Below, piece after piece: positions 54,633 to 64,000 of a stretch of DNA of 64,000 nucleotides. This DNA is from Candidatus Bathyarchaeota archaeon (GTDB taxonomy: Archaea; Thermoproteota; Bathyarchaeia; Bathyarchaeales; Bathyarchaeaceae), in contig CAVOMX010000012.1 in the NCBI GenBank assembly GCA_963697165.1, positions 64,001-128,000 on the forward strand. Direction: 5' to 3'. Below the pieces are notes generated by a model. That model ran no database searches and had not been told where the DNA came from. It saw only the letters and a program-made list of their open reading frames with translations. The stretch's first letter is position 1, and each line of letters begins with the position of its first letter. The translations under genes were made by a program, and so were the position numbers.

Positions 54633-57600
54633 CAGGCAGTCACCTTTAGTTTAGCTGATACCACATGAGAATATCCATTGCGTTCATAGATTCCCCAGAC
54701 TTTCTTGGCTTTGCTAACCATCTCTGGCTTCAAAGTGATAACCACAAACTGGGACTTCATGGATTCTTCAGAGAATAGGTCTCCCAATCTTGATACGTGG
54801 AAGGGATCAAGGTGCGCGTCGATTTCGTCGAACACGTAAAATGCGGTGGGCATGAAGTCCTGCAGAGCAAAAATGAAGGCAACCGCAGACACGGATCTTT
54901 CTCCGCTGCTGGCTCCGCTTACAAGGATAGATGCTTTGTTTCGGAATTGAACATTCATATCCATTCCTCCAGCGAAGGGGTCTTCCTGATTCTCAAGTAT
55001 CAGAGCAGCTTCTCCGCCGCCTGTTAACTTTGAGAAATATTTTCTAAAGCTGTTATCAATCTTTTCAAACGCTTCCATGAAGACTGCCCGCTTTTTTCTC
55101 TCAATCTCGTCCATGAAAGCAAGGATGGCTTGTTTTTCTTTCTCCAGTTCATTCATGCGTATGGACAGTTCTTTGTAACGCGAAGCCTGCTCCGCGTAGT
55201 GATCAAGAGACAGCTGATTTACGGCGCCGAGTCGACTCATCTCAAGGCGTAGCAGTTTGAGAGATGTTTCAGCCGTTTCTAGTTGTTGCTGCGATATCGG
55301 CAAGGGTTCATCATAGCCAAGTTGAGCTAATCGTTGAGTGTGCTGTTCCCGTTTCATTTGATTTGTTTGGAGGCTGAATTGCAGCTCGTTATAAAGCCTG
55401 TCTGAACGTTCATACACGGAATCTAATTGACGTAGCTTCTTGTCTATGTCATCAATCTGGACCGTGTATTTTCTGGACTCTTGTTTTGCGTTCAAAACAG
55501 TTCGAGATAACTCTTCTTTAGTGTTTTCCAGTTCCAGAAGTTTCTTTTCCAGAACCTCTTTTTCTTTGGTAGCTTCTTTTACCTCGGTTTCTACCGTTAT
55601 AATTTGCCCCTTCATTTTTCGCAGCTGGATTCTAATATTGTCCGCGCCTATTTTGAGGATGTTCCCAAACTTGGATTCGAGAGTTGCAAGATTAGTTTCT
55701 ATGCTACCCATGCTTTGACGCGACTTGATACCCTCTTCTCCTAACTTTTCTCGTTGAATTTCCATCTCCTGAATCTTGGATGTGTCCGTTTTCAGACGTA
55801 ATTCATCTAATTCCTCGCGGAGCTTTTCCATCTCTTTGTCAAGCTCGTTACGATGTAATCTTAAATTCTCTAAGTTCGTCTTTTCTTCTTCTCTTTTTTC
55901 TTTGATTCTAAATAAATGCTTCTCGATGCGCTTGACATTTTGTCTTGTAATCTTAACATTTTGACGTACTCTTCCAATCTCTCCCCCAAGAGTCGACAAT
56001 AGTTTCAGCCATGCTGGAGATTTCTAGCCTGGTTGTTTCAATTTCTTCTTCAAAACCATTTATGTCAATCTCCCTTTTTGACAAATGCCGCTTAAGAGCT
56101 CCCACGGCTTCGTCAAGGCTCTTTACAGCTGACTCGCTAGGAATAATCGAAGAATAGTCAACTGGCGATCGATAATAACCACTTTCGAAGCCGCCCTGTG
56201 ACTCGTAAAGGTCCCCATTAACAGTGACTGTTCTGTTACCATTTCGCGAAGCGGCAAAGGCAGTTTTTTCGTCGTTTGTTACAAGTGTATCTCCGAAGAC
56301 AAAGCTTACAGCAGGCTCAAACCTTTTGGAGCAGCTAACAAAATTGGAAGCAGTGCCGCTAATTCCTCTAATCGCCGGGGTGGTGACGGAATCAATTTCA
56401 GACATTTCGTCAAGGGGAATTATCTTGATTCTACCCAGTTTCATACGTTTTAGAGTTTCAGCACACATGAATGCTGCATCAAAGTTCTGAACAACCATGG
56501 CGTCAAGCCATCCGACTGCGGCTGCTTCTACTGCTCGTTTATATCCCTTTTCTACTTTGATCAGTTTTTTGAGGCGCCCGTGAACTCCTTTAATTACGCC
56601 CAAATCTGCCATCTCTTCGATGTTCCTGAGTGCGTTTTCTTCTGTTGCAACTTTTTCAGCCATTTCTCTTTGAGCTACAAACTCCACTACTGCTTCTCGC
56701 GCGGATTCGGCAATCTTCTCTGCTTGGACAATCTCTAACTTTACAGCTTCTTCTTGCGCAAATCTTCTCTCTATTGTTCTTTCAAGATTTGTGGAGCGGT
56801 TTACCTGTTCTCTTTGAACCGTCTTGAGGTCTGCATAAGATTTTTTGAGTGCAGTAAGGTTGGATTCTAAACTATCCTTTCGTTTTACTAGTTCATTTAG
56901 TTGCCGCGTAAGAACCTTTAATGATGTTCTGCTCTGTATAACATCGCTGCGACGATTAACAAGTTCTTGTGTGTAGCTGTCTAGCTTCTGCTCAATTTCT
57001 CTTATTTTTGTGTTGTTTTCTCCCAAACTGGCTCGCAGTTTGGATGCCTCATTTGAGACCGCATCATAATCTGCCTGTTTCTGGGCAATTTCAGTTAGGA
57101 AACGTTCTCGTTCTCGCTTTAATCTTCGAATTTCATTTCGGTTGTCAGTAACCTCATGTTGCATAGATCCTAGTTTCTGTATGTTGCTCTCCATCACTTT
57201 TTTGAGTCCATCAACGCTTGCGGTTCCGGCTCCAATCTTTGTCGTTAATTCGCTTATTCTGGACCGAACTTCACCTATATTGTATTGAACCTCAAGAAGC
57301 CGCGTTCCACGCTCTTCAATCATTTCTGAACCAAGTTTTCTCCATTCTGAATCAACTTCATACCGCTGAGACCTAAGCTGTTCCCTTTGCTGTCTTGAGT
57401 TCTCAACCTTACTATGAACCGCTTCAATCTTTGTGGTTACATCATCTATCTTTCTTTGAACTTCCAAGATTTCACCGAAAATCTTCATAGCCTCAAACCG
57501 TTTGATCTCTTTTTGAAGAAACATGTAACGAAGCAGTTCGTTGCGTTCTCTTTCCAGATCATCTACCCTCTTCTGTACCTCATCTATTCTGCCCATAGCT

Positions 57601-58181
57601 GTTCGTATAGAAATATCAGCCGCCCGAAGTTTCTCTTCAGCCTCTGCCTTCTCTACATCATATTGGGCTATGCCAACCAAGTCAGAAATCATTTTTCTAC
57701 GATCTGGAGAAGAAATCTCGGCAATACGCGTGATACTTCCCTGCAAAACAACATTGTGTCCAGTTGGGCTGATGCCTGCCATAGATAGGATGTTGAGAAT
57801 GTAGGTTCTTGAAATTCTTCTTCCATTGAGACGGTAGATGCTCTGGCCCGCCCTGTTGAGTTCACGAGAAATAGTTACCGTGTTTGTGTCTACGGGTAAA
57901 CGGTTGTCAGAGTTGTCAAACTGGATAACAACTTTGGCACTATTCGCTTTTTTAACCTGTAAGTCGGGGTAACCGTGATAAATTAGTTTAGAGAAGCTTG
58001 CAGCGCGCATTCTTCTAGCGCTGAGTTCGCCTAAGCCAAAGAGGACGGCGTCTGCAATGTTTGTTTTTCCGCTTCCGTTCGGTCCCGTAATAGCTGTGAA
58101 GCCCTTATCTAACGTAACGGTGGCGGTTTTCGGACCGAAGGACTTGAAGCCTTTTAGCTCAATTTTCTTAATGTAAGGCAT
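54632..58181 (-). CDS. smc: Chromosome segregation protein SMC; frameshift ~55985
   Basis: LKGFKSF, GPNGSGKTN, Q-loop VLQG, hinge GVHG.L..LI and VTVNGD...G...G, LGAVN, FDEIDAHLD. Confidence 0.95.
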
Positions 58182-58326
58182 CTTTCTCTAATTCGCCCTC
58201 GGTTTTTTTGCATATGCGGGAATTAACCTAACGTTTTTCACAACTTTTCTGTAATACCTTCTATAAATAAGCTGTGTTTAGAAAAAGAGGTTTAAACTAA
58301 CTGATACAAAAGTTTAGATGCCTTCT

Positions 58327-58869
58327 TCACCTGTTTCTGGAGCCGCGGAACTGTTCCGCCATACTTTTAACAAATGATTTAATGTTGTCTCTGTTGCCGT
58401 AAACAATCATGTACCCTTTTTCCTGCTTTTTGTAAGAAAGTTTGCTTTTTGTCACAAGTTTTTTTACGGCTTCGAGGGGTGTATCTTCTGAAATTTGGAT
58501 TCGCACCCAATTCTTGTCTCGGGGAAAGCCGTGGATAAATCTGGAAGACGCCTCCCGTTTTTCCTTCTTTTCCACTCTTATTGGATCTTCGAGTTTTTTG
58601 AGCCACTCTTCTGCAATTTCTGTTTCCAGCTTTTCTGCGGCGAAGATGGCGTACGATTCAACACTTCTCAGGTATGTTTCAATTCTAGAGATGCTTTCTG
58701 TGTGTGTTGGGTCAGCTTTTAGAATTTGGATTATTGTCTTGGCTGAGCGCAGGTCATCCATGATTTCTACAGGAGTCTTCTTGCCCCTTTCTTGCAGTTC
58801 TATCAGGAAGTCAGCCAAAATTTTCCATTTTTCTTCATAACTCATTTTGTATTTCATCTCTCTATTCAC
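58327..58869 (-). CDS. DUF2096-like protein
   Basis: W..L..L..EL......P..I..DLRSAK..I, F..G.PR...WVR, ..VYG pattern. Confidence 0.6.
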   Translation of the reverse strand: MNREMKYKMSYEEKWKILADFLIELQERGKKTPVEIMDDLRSAKTIIQILKADPTHTESISRIETYLRSVESYAIFAAEKLETEIAEEWLKKLEDPIRVEKKEKREASSRFIHGFPRDKNWVRIQISEDTPLEAVKKLVTKSKLSYKKQEKGYMIVYGNRDNIKSFVKSMAEQFRGSRNR

Positions 58870-59186
58870 TATGGTTTCTGGTGCATATTGCTGACTAAAA
58901 AGCCGTTAAGCCTCAGATAAAATAAACCTTTTTGAGGCGTTTGCCTTGTTTTTTGGGTGGAAGAATAAAATAATCAATAACAATCTGTCATCAATTGTTA
59001 TTCATTACCCAACTCCATTATGCAGTCTGCTAAATTCGTAGTCTTGTTTCTCCTCAAATTTTAATTCTAGCCTAGATTACAATTTTTTAGATTATTTTGC
59101 TCTATTACTTGCGCTGGTGAAACCATCACACCAAAAAATGTCTGAAACAGGATTTTTTAGACAAAAAACCACAACCCAGTGTTAGT

Positions 59187-59264
59187 TGGTAGCGGGGAGT
59201 TGATTTGAACAACCGATCTCTGGGTTATGAGCCCAGCGGGTTCACCTGGCTACCCCACCCCGCT
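59187..59264 (-). tRNA. Initiator tRNA-Met (CAT), CCA encoded, no intron
   Basis: AGCGGGG acceptor with A1-U72, anticodon arm CTGGG-CTCATAA-CCCAG (three G-C pairs), TTCAAAT T-loop, 3' ACCA. Confidence 0.95.
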
Positions 59265-59458
59265 ACATTCAGGCTATGAGCTTTTGCCAGACTAACTTTC
59301 TAGCCCGATGGATACCTTTGTCGCACTCTTTCTTAAGCTTTACTTTATACAATGTTTAATTTCAACTTAAAGGTGGTCATAGAGACAATAATGTAGTTAA
59401 AGTAGTGACGAAAATCCTTTAACAAGCCTTAAATCCCATAACTCTAAAACCAGAATAC

Positions 59459-60817
59459 ATGACCAAAAAATTAACCGTAGACGAACTTCTTGAAAAAGCA
59501 AAGAAACCCGCCAAATTGGCGTTAGCTTATCATCCTTTCTACGAGGGAAAAGTTCAGGTTATGCCCAAATGTGTTATACGTAATTCACAAGACTTCGCAA
59601 TATGGTACACTCCAGGTGTGGCTGCCTCCTGCAAAGCCATACAAGATGACCCCGAACAGGTTTTCACTCAAACGAGCCGCGGGAACTACGTGGCAATAGT
59701 AAGCGACGGAACACGGGTCCTCGGATTGGGCGACATAGGTCCAGAAGCTGCACTGCCTGTTATGGAGGGAAAAGCTTTGCTCTTCAAATATCTGGGCGGA
59801 GTAGATGCCTTTCCCATATGTTTGGCAACCAAAAACCCAGACGATATAGTTACTGCATGTAAGTGGCTGGAGCCCACCTTCGGAGGCATAAACTTGGAAG
59901 ACATATCCAAACCCAAATGCTTCCATGTTCTAAACAATGCCCGCGAAGAACTCAACATTCCCGTCTGGCACGACGACCAGCAGGGAACCGCCACGGTCAT
60001 CTTGGCTGGTCTCATCAACGCCCTCAAGCTGGTGGGAAAAAGTATGAGCCAAGCAAAAATTGCTATGCTGGGAGTGGGCGCAGCTAATACACGAACTGCT
60101 CTGGTTCTAATGAGGGCGGGAGTTAAAGCCGGCAACATTGTAATGGTGGATCGGAACGGTATTCTTCATCCAAACCGAAAGGATGTGGAAGCTAAAAAGG
60201 AAGAGAATCCTTGGAAGTGGCAGTTTTGTCTAGAAACCAACAGTGAAGGAAAAACTGGTGATGCTGCTGAGGCACTAAAGGGTGCAGACGTCTGTATAGC
60301 TGCGGCTAAGCCGGGTCCGGGCACAATCAAGAAGCCTTGGGTAGCTGAAATGGCGACTGATTCAATAGTTTTTGCGTGCGCGAATCCTATTCCCGAGATT
60401 TGGCCTTGGGAAGCAAAGGATGCAGGAGCAAAGATTGTAGCCACGGGGCGTTCGGACTTTGATAATCAGATAAACAATTCGTTGGGTTTTCCCGCTATCT
60501 TCAGGGGAGTTCTTGACGTGAAGGCAAAGACTGTTACTGACGCTATGTGTATTGCCGCGGCGAATGAGTTGGCTTGTTTTGCGGAGGAGCGGGGAATCAA
60601 CGAGACTGACATAGTTCCGCGGATGGATGAGTGGGAGGTCTTTCCCCGAGAGGCTGTGGCTTGTGCTTTGGAGTCTATTAAGGAGGGTGTTGCCCGAGTT
60701 AAACCAAGCAGGCAAGAACTTTGGGAAAGGGCGACCCGTATCATTAAGAATGCTCGGGACTCAACTGAAATGCTGATGAAGAAGGGGCTTATTCCGCCTC
60801 CCCCAGAGGATATTTGA
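59459..60817 (+). CDS. NAD(P)-dependent malic enzyme (stand-alone, no Pta domain)
   Basis: YTPGVA, DGTRVLGLGDIG, PVMEGKA.LFK, INLEDI, HDDQQGTA, ANP.PEI, TGRSD..NQINN. Confidence 0.93.
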   Translation: MTKKLTVDELLEKAKKPAKLALAYHPFYEGKVQVMPKCVIRNSQDFAIWYTPGVAASCKAIQDDPEQVFTQTSRGNYVAIVSDGTRVLGLGDIGPEAALPVMEGKALLFKYLGGVDAFPICLATKNPDDIVTACKWLEPTFGGINLEDISKPKCFHVLNNAREELNIPVWHDDQQGTATVILAGLINALKLVGKSMSQAKIAMLGVGAANTRTALVLMRAGVKAGNIVMVDRNGILHPNRKDVEAKKEENPWKWQFCLETNSEGKTGDAAEALKGADVCIAAAKPGPGTIKKPWVAEMATDSIVFACANPIPEIWPWEAKDAGAKIVATGRSDFDNQINNSLGFPAIFRGVLDVKAKTVTDAMCIAAANELACFAEERGINETDIVPRMDEWEVFPREAVACALESIKEGVARVKPSRQELWERATRIIKNARDSTEMLMKKGLIPPPPEDI

Positions 60818-61092
60818 GAATAAGCTTGTTGTTGGGTCTGTTGGGGGCACCCACAATTCTTTCTTTATGTTTTGTTTCTTCAGTAAAGTGTATAACATAG
60901 TTATAATTAATTATCTGAGTTTAGTATAAGATTTTTTATAATGCCAACGTAGGCTAATTTAACAAAGCACAGCTAAATCAATAGTATCAACGTTTTCATG
61001 AAAAAAGCAAAAAACCAAAGATACAGAGTTAAATTTTTGGGGTTAAAATTTAGCCCCAAACCCAAAAACATGTTTCGTCATTTGCTCATTGG

Positions 61093-61575
61093 TTATGCTG
61101 GAATGTTTATTGGTGATTTTATTATATTGTTTGCTTCTATGATCCATTTTGAGATTTGTGTTATCGGGATTCCAGTTTTTTCTGAAAGATGTTTGGGGGA
61201 ACGTTTTGCCAAATCAGAAGTTGTTTTTACTCCTGCCATTTCTAACTCTTTTGCCCTTTTTGAGCCTATTCCTTTTATTTCAGTTAAATTTGATATGTCT
61301 GGAGTTACTTGAGCGTGGTCTAGTTTTTTTTGGGATTCACCAACAGCGTTTGAAGTCTTGATTAGAGGTTCTTCGCATGGATTTTTGTTATAACCAAATA
61401 TAAGTTTAGTTTTAATAATTATTTTTTCCCACTTTTTCTGAAGCATATTGTATCTGAAAATGTGTTCGTTATGATTTTCAAGGCAGCCATAATAGAGGAG
61501 GTTATCAGTGTTTTCGGTTAGAGCCATTTTGCCTCTGCAGTTTTTTTCTGCACAAGGTAATGTTTGTATTACCAT
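61093..61575 (-). CDS. Helix-hairpin-helix domain protein with Cys/His-rich N-terminus
   Basis: LTEIKGIGSKRAKELEMAGV.T..DLA....LSEKTGI HhH motif; N-terminal C-x4-C...C-x3-H. Confidence 0.7.
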   Translation of the reverse strand: MVIQTLPCAEKNCRGKMALTENTDNLLYYGCLENHNEHIFRYNMLQKKWEKIIIKTKLIFGYNKNPCEEPLIKTSNAVGESQKKLDHAQVTPDISNLTEIKGIGSKRAKELEMAGVKTTSDLAKRSPKHLSEKTGIPITQISKWIIEANNIIKSPINIPA

Positions 61576-61978
61576 GAGATATCACATTTATTAATATTCC
61601 ATATACACATAAAAATATTATTGTTTAGAAATCTACTCTTAAAGACGTCATAGATAGGACAGAATTAGTGACTAAACGTTAGTTAAAAAGAACAAGCCTG
61701 ACACTATAAAAATGCAATATTTAACCTAACTACCCTTTTTGTTATTTATGTGAGAGAGCTAAGCGCAGGCGGGCGGAAGAGCAGGGGTAAACAGTAAATG
61801 TACACAGGTTCGAATATACACACATTTGAACACGACCGCGCATGGGTTTGGATGGGAGGTTAAAATTTAACAACCAACCAACCATTGCTTATGATAGTTG
61901 ACGCCTCAAACTGAGAATAGAAAGCAGCTATATATCTAAACATTCATCCGATAAATTAGAAATAATGAGGTTAGCTTA

Positions 61979-62707
61979 ATGTACTATGAGGATCTTTTAA
62001 TTGGGCATAAAGCATTCTGGAAAATAGAACGAAGCGCTAAGCATTACGATATTTACATGAGAGAACTAAAAAATTGGGAAAAATGGCCAGATTCCGTGTC
62101 AATAGATGAAATAGAGAAGCTTTTACAATTTATTTCCAAATGGGACAGACAATTTAAAGGCAAAAATCCAACAAAATTCGCTGAGATATTCAAACAAATT
62201 CTCCCAACTATCAAGGAGTTAAAAAATGAGAAACTGGAAAATGCAAAATTTACTTCCGAATTTTTACAAAAAATCAGAGCTATTTTTGATAAAGTGACTA
62301 AAGGTCAAGGTCATTACGAGTCCACAGACTGTTCAAAAATTTTACATACAATTCTTCCTCATCTGATTGTAATGTGGGACAGAAAAATCCGTCTAGGAAT
62401 TCTAGGGAACGAAAACAAAAAAAGGGGCTCAATGTATGCTTTAGATTTTCTGCCAAAAATGCAAAATGAATTGTTCGAAGCTATTAATACCTGTATGGAG
62501 GAAAAGAAATTAGAACGAGAAGAAGCCATCAAATACATTCGACAAGAATGCGGTAATGAAACTCTTCCAAAACTTATTGATGAACACAATTATGTGACCC
62601 ATACTGAAACCATCGAGTTCAAATATTATCTAGAAAAAAATAAGGAGGATGGTAAAATATCCGCCAATGACTTTAAAAGATTGGTTCAAAAATTGCCATC
62701 ACATTAA
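61979..62707 (+). CDS. Hypothetical protein, AT-rich
   Basis: 242-aa ORF; SKILH..LPHL..MWD motif. Confidence 0.7.
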   Translation: MYYEDLLIGHKAFWKIERSAKHYDIYMRELKNWEKWPDSVSIDEIEKLLQFISKWDRQFKGKNPTKFAEIFKQILPTIKELKNEKLENAKFTSEFLQKIRAIFDKVTKGQGHYESTDCSKILHTILPHLIVMWDRKIRLGILGNENKKRGSMYALDFLPKMQNELFEAINTCMEEKKLEREEAIKYIRQECGNETLPKLIDEHNYVTHTETIEFKYYLEKNKEDGKISANDFKRLVQKLPSH

Positions 62708-62817
62708 TATTGGTTTTTCTTTTCATAATCAGACGACAAGGGTATTCCAAAACCTTATTCAAGCCACTTGGCGTGAGTTTTTTTGGTTAAATTTTAATTT
62801 CCAAACCCAAACTGATT

Positions 62818-63165
62818 TTGTTAAGGTCTGTGGAAAAAAATTTAAGCGTGATAATACAAAGTACACTTGTGAGTTCTCAAGCTTCTCGTGCATATGTTCT
62901 AGTGGAACTTTATCCTGGAAAGGAGAAAGAGTTCTGCGAAGAAATCATAGATAAAGGACTTATTTTGGACTCTAAAGTGGAACGAACAGATTTTGTTCAC
63001 GGATCTTACGACTTCATCTGTGTATTAAATGGAAATATATCAGACATTGACAGAAGAATCATTGAATTAAGAAGATCCCTGTATATACGCAAAACTGTAA
63101 CTCTCATTTGCTTTGACATGTTCACGTGGGATGAATTAAAAAAGAAAGTAGACGAAGAAAAATAG
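62818..63165 (+). CDS. Lrp/AsnC ligand-binding-domain protein (start probably further downstream)
   Basis: RAYVLV...PGKE...VHGSYDFI...IRKTVTLI. Confidence 0.7.
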   Translation: MLRSVEKNLSVIIQSTLVSSQASRAYVLVELYPGKEKEFCEEIIDKGLILDSKVERTDFVHGSYDFICVLNGNISDIDRRIIELRRSLYIRKTVTLICFDMFTWDELKKKVDEEK

Positions 63166-63522
63166 AAAACTTTTTACAAAAACTTAAACTTTTTCAAATA
63201 TCAAATTAAAAAGTGAGGTTTTGTAGATCATCGAATATCCCTTCTAAGAAATGGCTAAAGCCCTTCCTCTCGCCTTATTTTTTCTGATAAAAATCGAGAA
63301 TGCTCAAAAAGCTGGAATGTAGAAGTTTTTGTGCCTCTGCTCTTTAGCTTAAGATATTCCCATATCTATGTTTCAAATATGCTTTCAAAAAGTATTTTAG
63401 ACATCAACTGATCAATATTATGTCATAATTATAAACTTTTATATGATCAACTTAGATAAAATTAAATAGAGAGCAAACTATTTAGGTTATATATGAAATT
63501 TTTGTCTGTTGGAGGTTTGTAA

Positions 63523-63765
63523 TTGGGTAACCAAACTAAACCTGACCGAAACCTTGACTGCATAGGTCTTTACTGTCCTGAACCCGTATTTAGGACCCGT
63601 CAGGAAATCGACAAACTGGATGTAGGCGAAGTTCTGGAGGTAATCGCAGACGACCCAGCTGCTGAGGAAGACATACCCCGTCTGGTCAAGAGGCTTGGTC
63701 TTGAAATCGTTGAGATGCGTAAAGAAAAAGACCAACTTCATTTTGTCATCAAAAAAATAAAATAG
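63523..63765 (+). CDS. tusA: TusA/SirA-family sulfur carrier
   Basis: LDCIGLYCPEPV, GEVLEVIADDP. Confidence 0.88.
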   Translation: MGNQTKPDRNLDCIGLYCPEPVFRTRQEIDKLDVGEVLEVIADDPAAEEDIPRLVKRLGLEIVEMRKEKDQLHFVIKKIK

Positions 63766-63780
63766 GAAGTATTTTAGAAG

Positions 63781-64000
63781 TTGCGAAAAGTGTATATGGA
63801 TAACGGGGCTGGGATGCCCTTAGATTCTAGGGTATTCGAAGCCATGAACCAGTATTTAATGGAGGATTACGGAAATCCTTCATCATCCCATTCTTTTGGA
63901 AACAGCGCCAAAGAAGCTTTAGCTACTTCAAGAGAGCAGGTTGCCCAGCTGGTGGCTGCAGAGACTTGTCGAGAAATCATCTTTACTTCAGGAGGCACAG
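63781..64000 (+). CDS. iscS: Cysteine desulfurase (IscS/NifS), truncated by window end
   Basis: Manual translation from TTG: RKVYMDNGA..P...YGNPSS.HSFG...REQVA...EIIFTSGGT. Confidence 0.88.
   Translation, partial: MRKVYMDNGAGMPLDSRVFEAMNQYLMEDYGNPSSSHSFGNSAKEALATSREQVAQLVAAETCREIIFTSGGT

Noticed and set aside
1703..58181. Programmed ribosomal frameshifting or mass pseudogenisation
   Set aside because: Breaks occur in both directions, at heterogeneous non-slippery sites and in essential genes; assembly error is simpler
58870..59460. tRNA-Met as integration site of a mobile element
   Set aside because: No integrase or transposase nearby, and no duplicated tRNA 3' end seen in the window
59..63741. 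Numerous short antisense or overlapping ORFs in the track (e.g. 3596-3922, 23770-24252, 35710-36210, 49552-50160)
   Set aside because: Shadow ORFs opposite well-supported genes, with no recognisable motifs

Overview
Archaeal chromosomal segment. It is most consistent with a TACK lineage such as Bathyarchaeia (inference from TFE-beta, a Cren7-like protein, a Thr1-less proteasome beta subunit, SMC-ScpAB, and Mvh/Hdr without methanogenesis genes in the window). Contents in order: an aryl-acid/amino-acid cluster (Liv-type ABC genes, paaK, iorAB, ACT protein); bacterial-type pfkA; proteasome beta; KEOPS/rps15/recJ region; lipoate ligase; H+-PPase; Ca2+-ATPase; a lipoate cluster (lipS2, ygbA-like, lipS1, thioredoxin, gcvH); a CoA-disulfide-reductase-like gene; mvhG-mvhA-hdrA/mvhD-hdrC-hdrB; class I gap and pgk; a large CARDB surface protein; transporters; tfb, gar1, srp19, rps8e, smc-scpA-scpB; initiator tRNA-Met; malic enzyme; an AT-rich accessory patch; tusA-iscS. 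More than 20 single-base frameshifts, many in essential genes, point to an unpolished long-read assembly rather than pseudogenes, so split ORFs are merged here. No CRISPR array, rRNA or intact mobile element was seen. The most notable signal is the co-location of lipoyl-carrier assembly genes and a CoADR-like flavoprotein with a non-canonical MvhAGD-HdrABC complex. Second is an IorA carrying an inserted four-cluster ferredoxin domain. All calls rest on motif recognition by eye; no searches were run.
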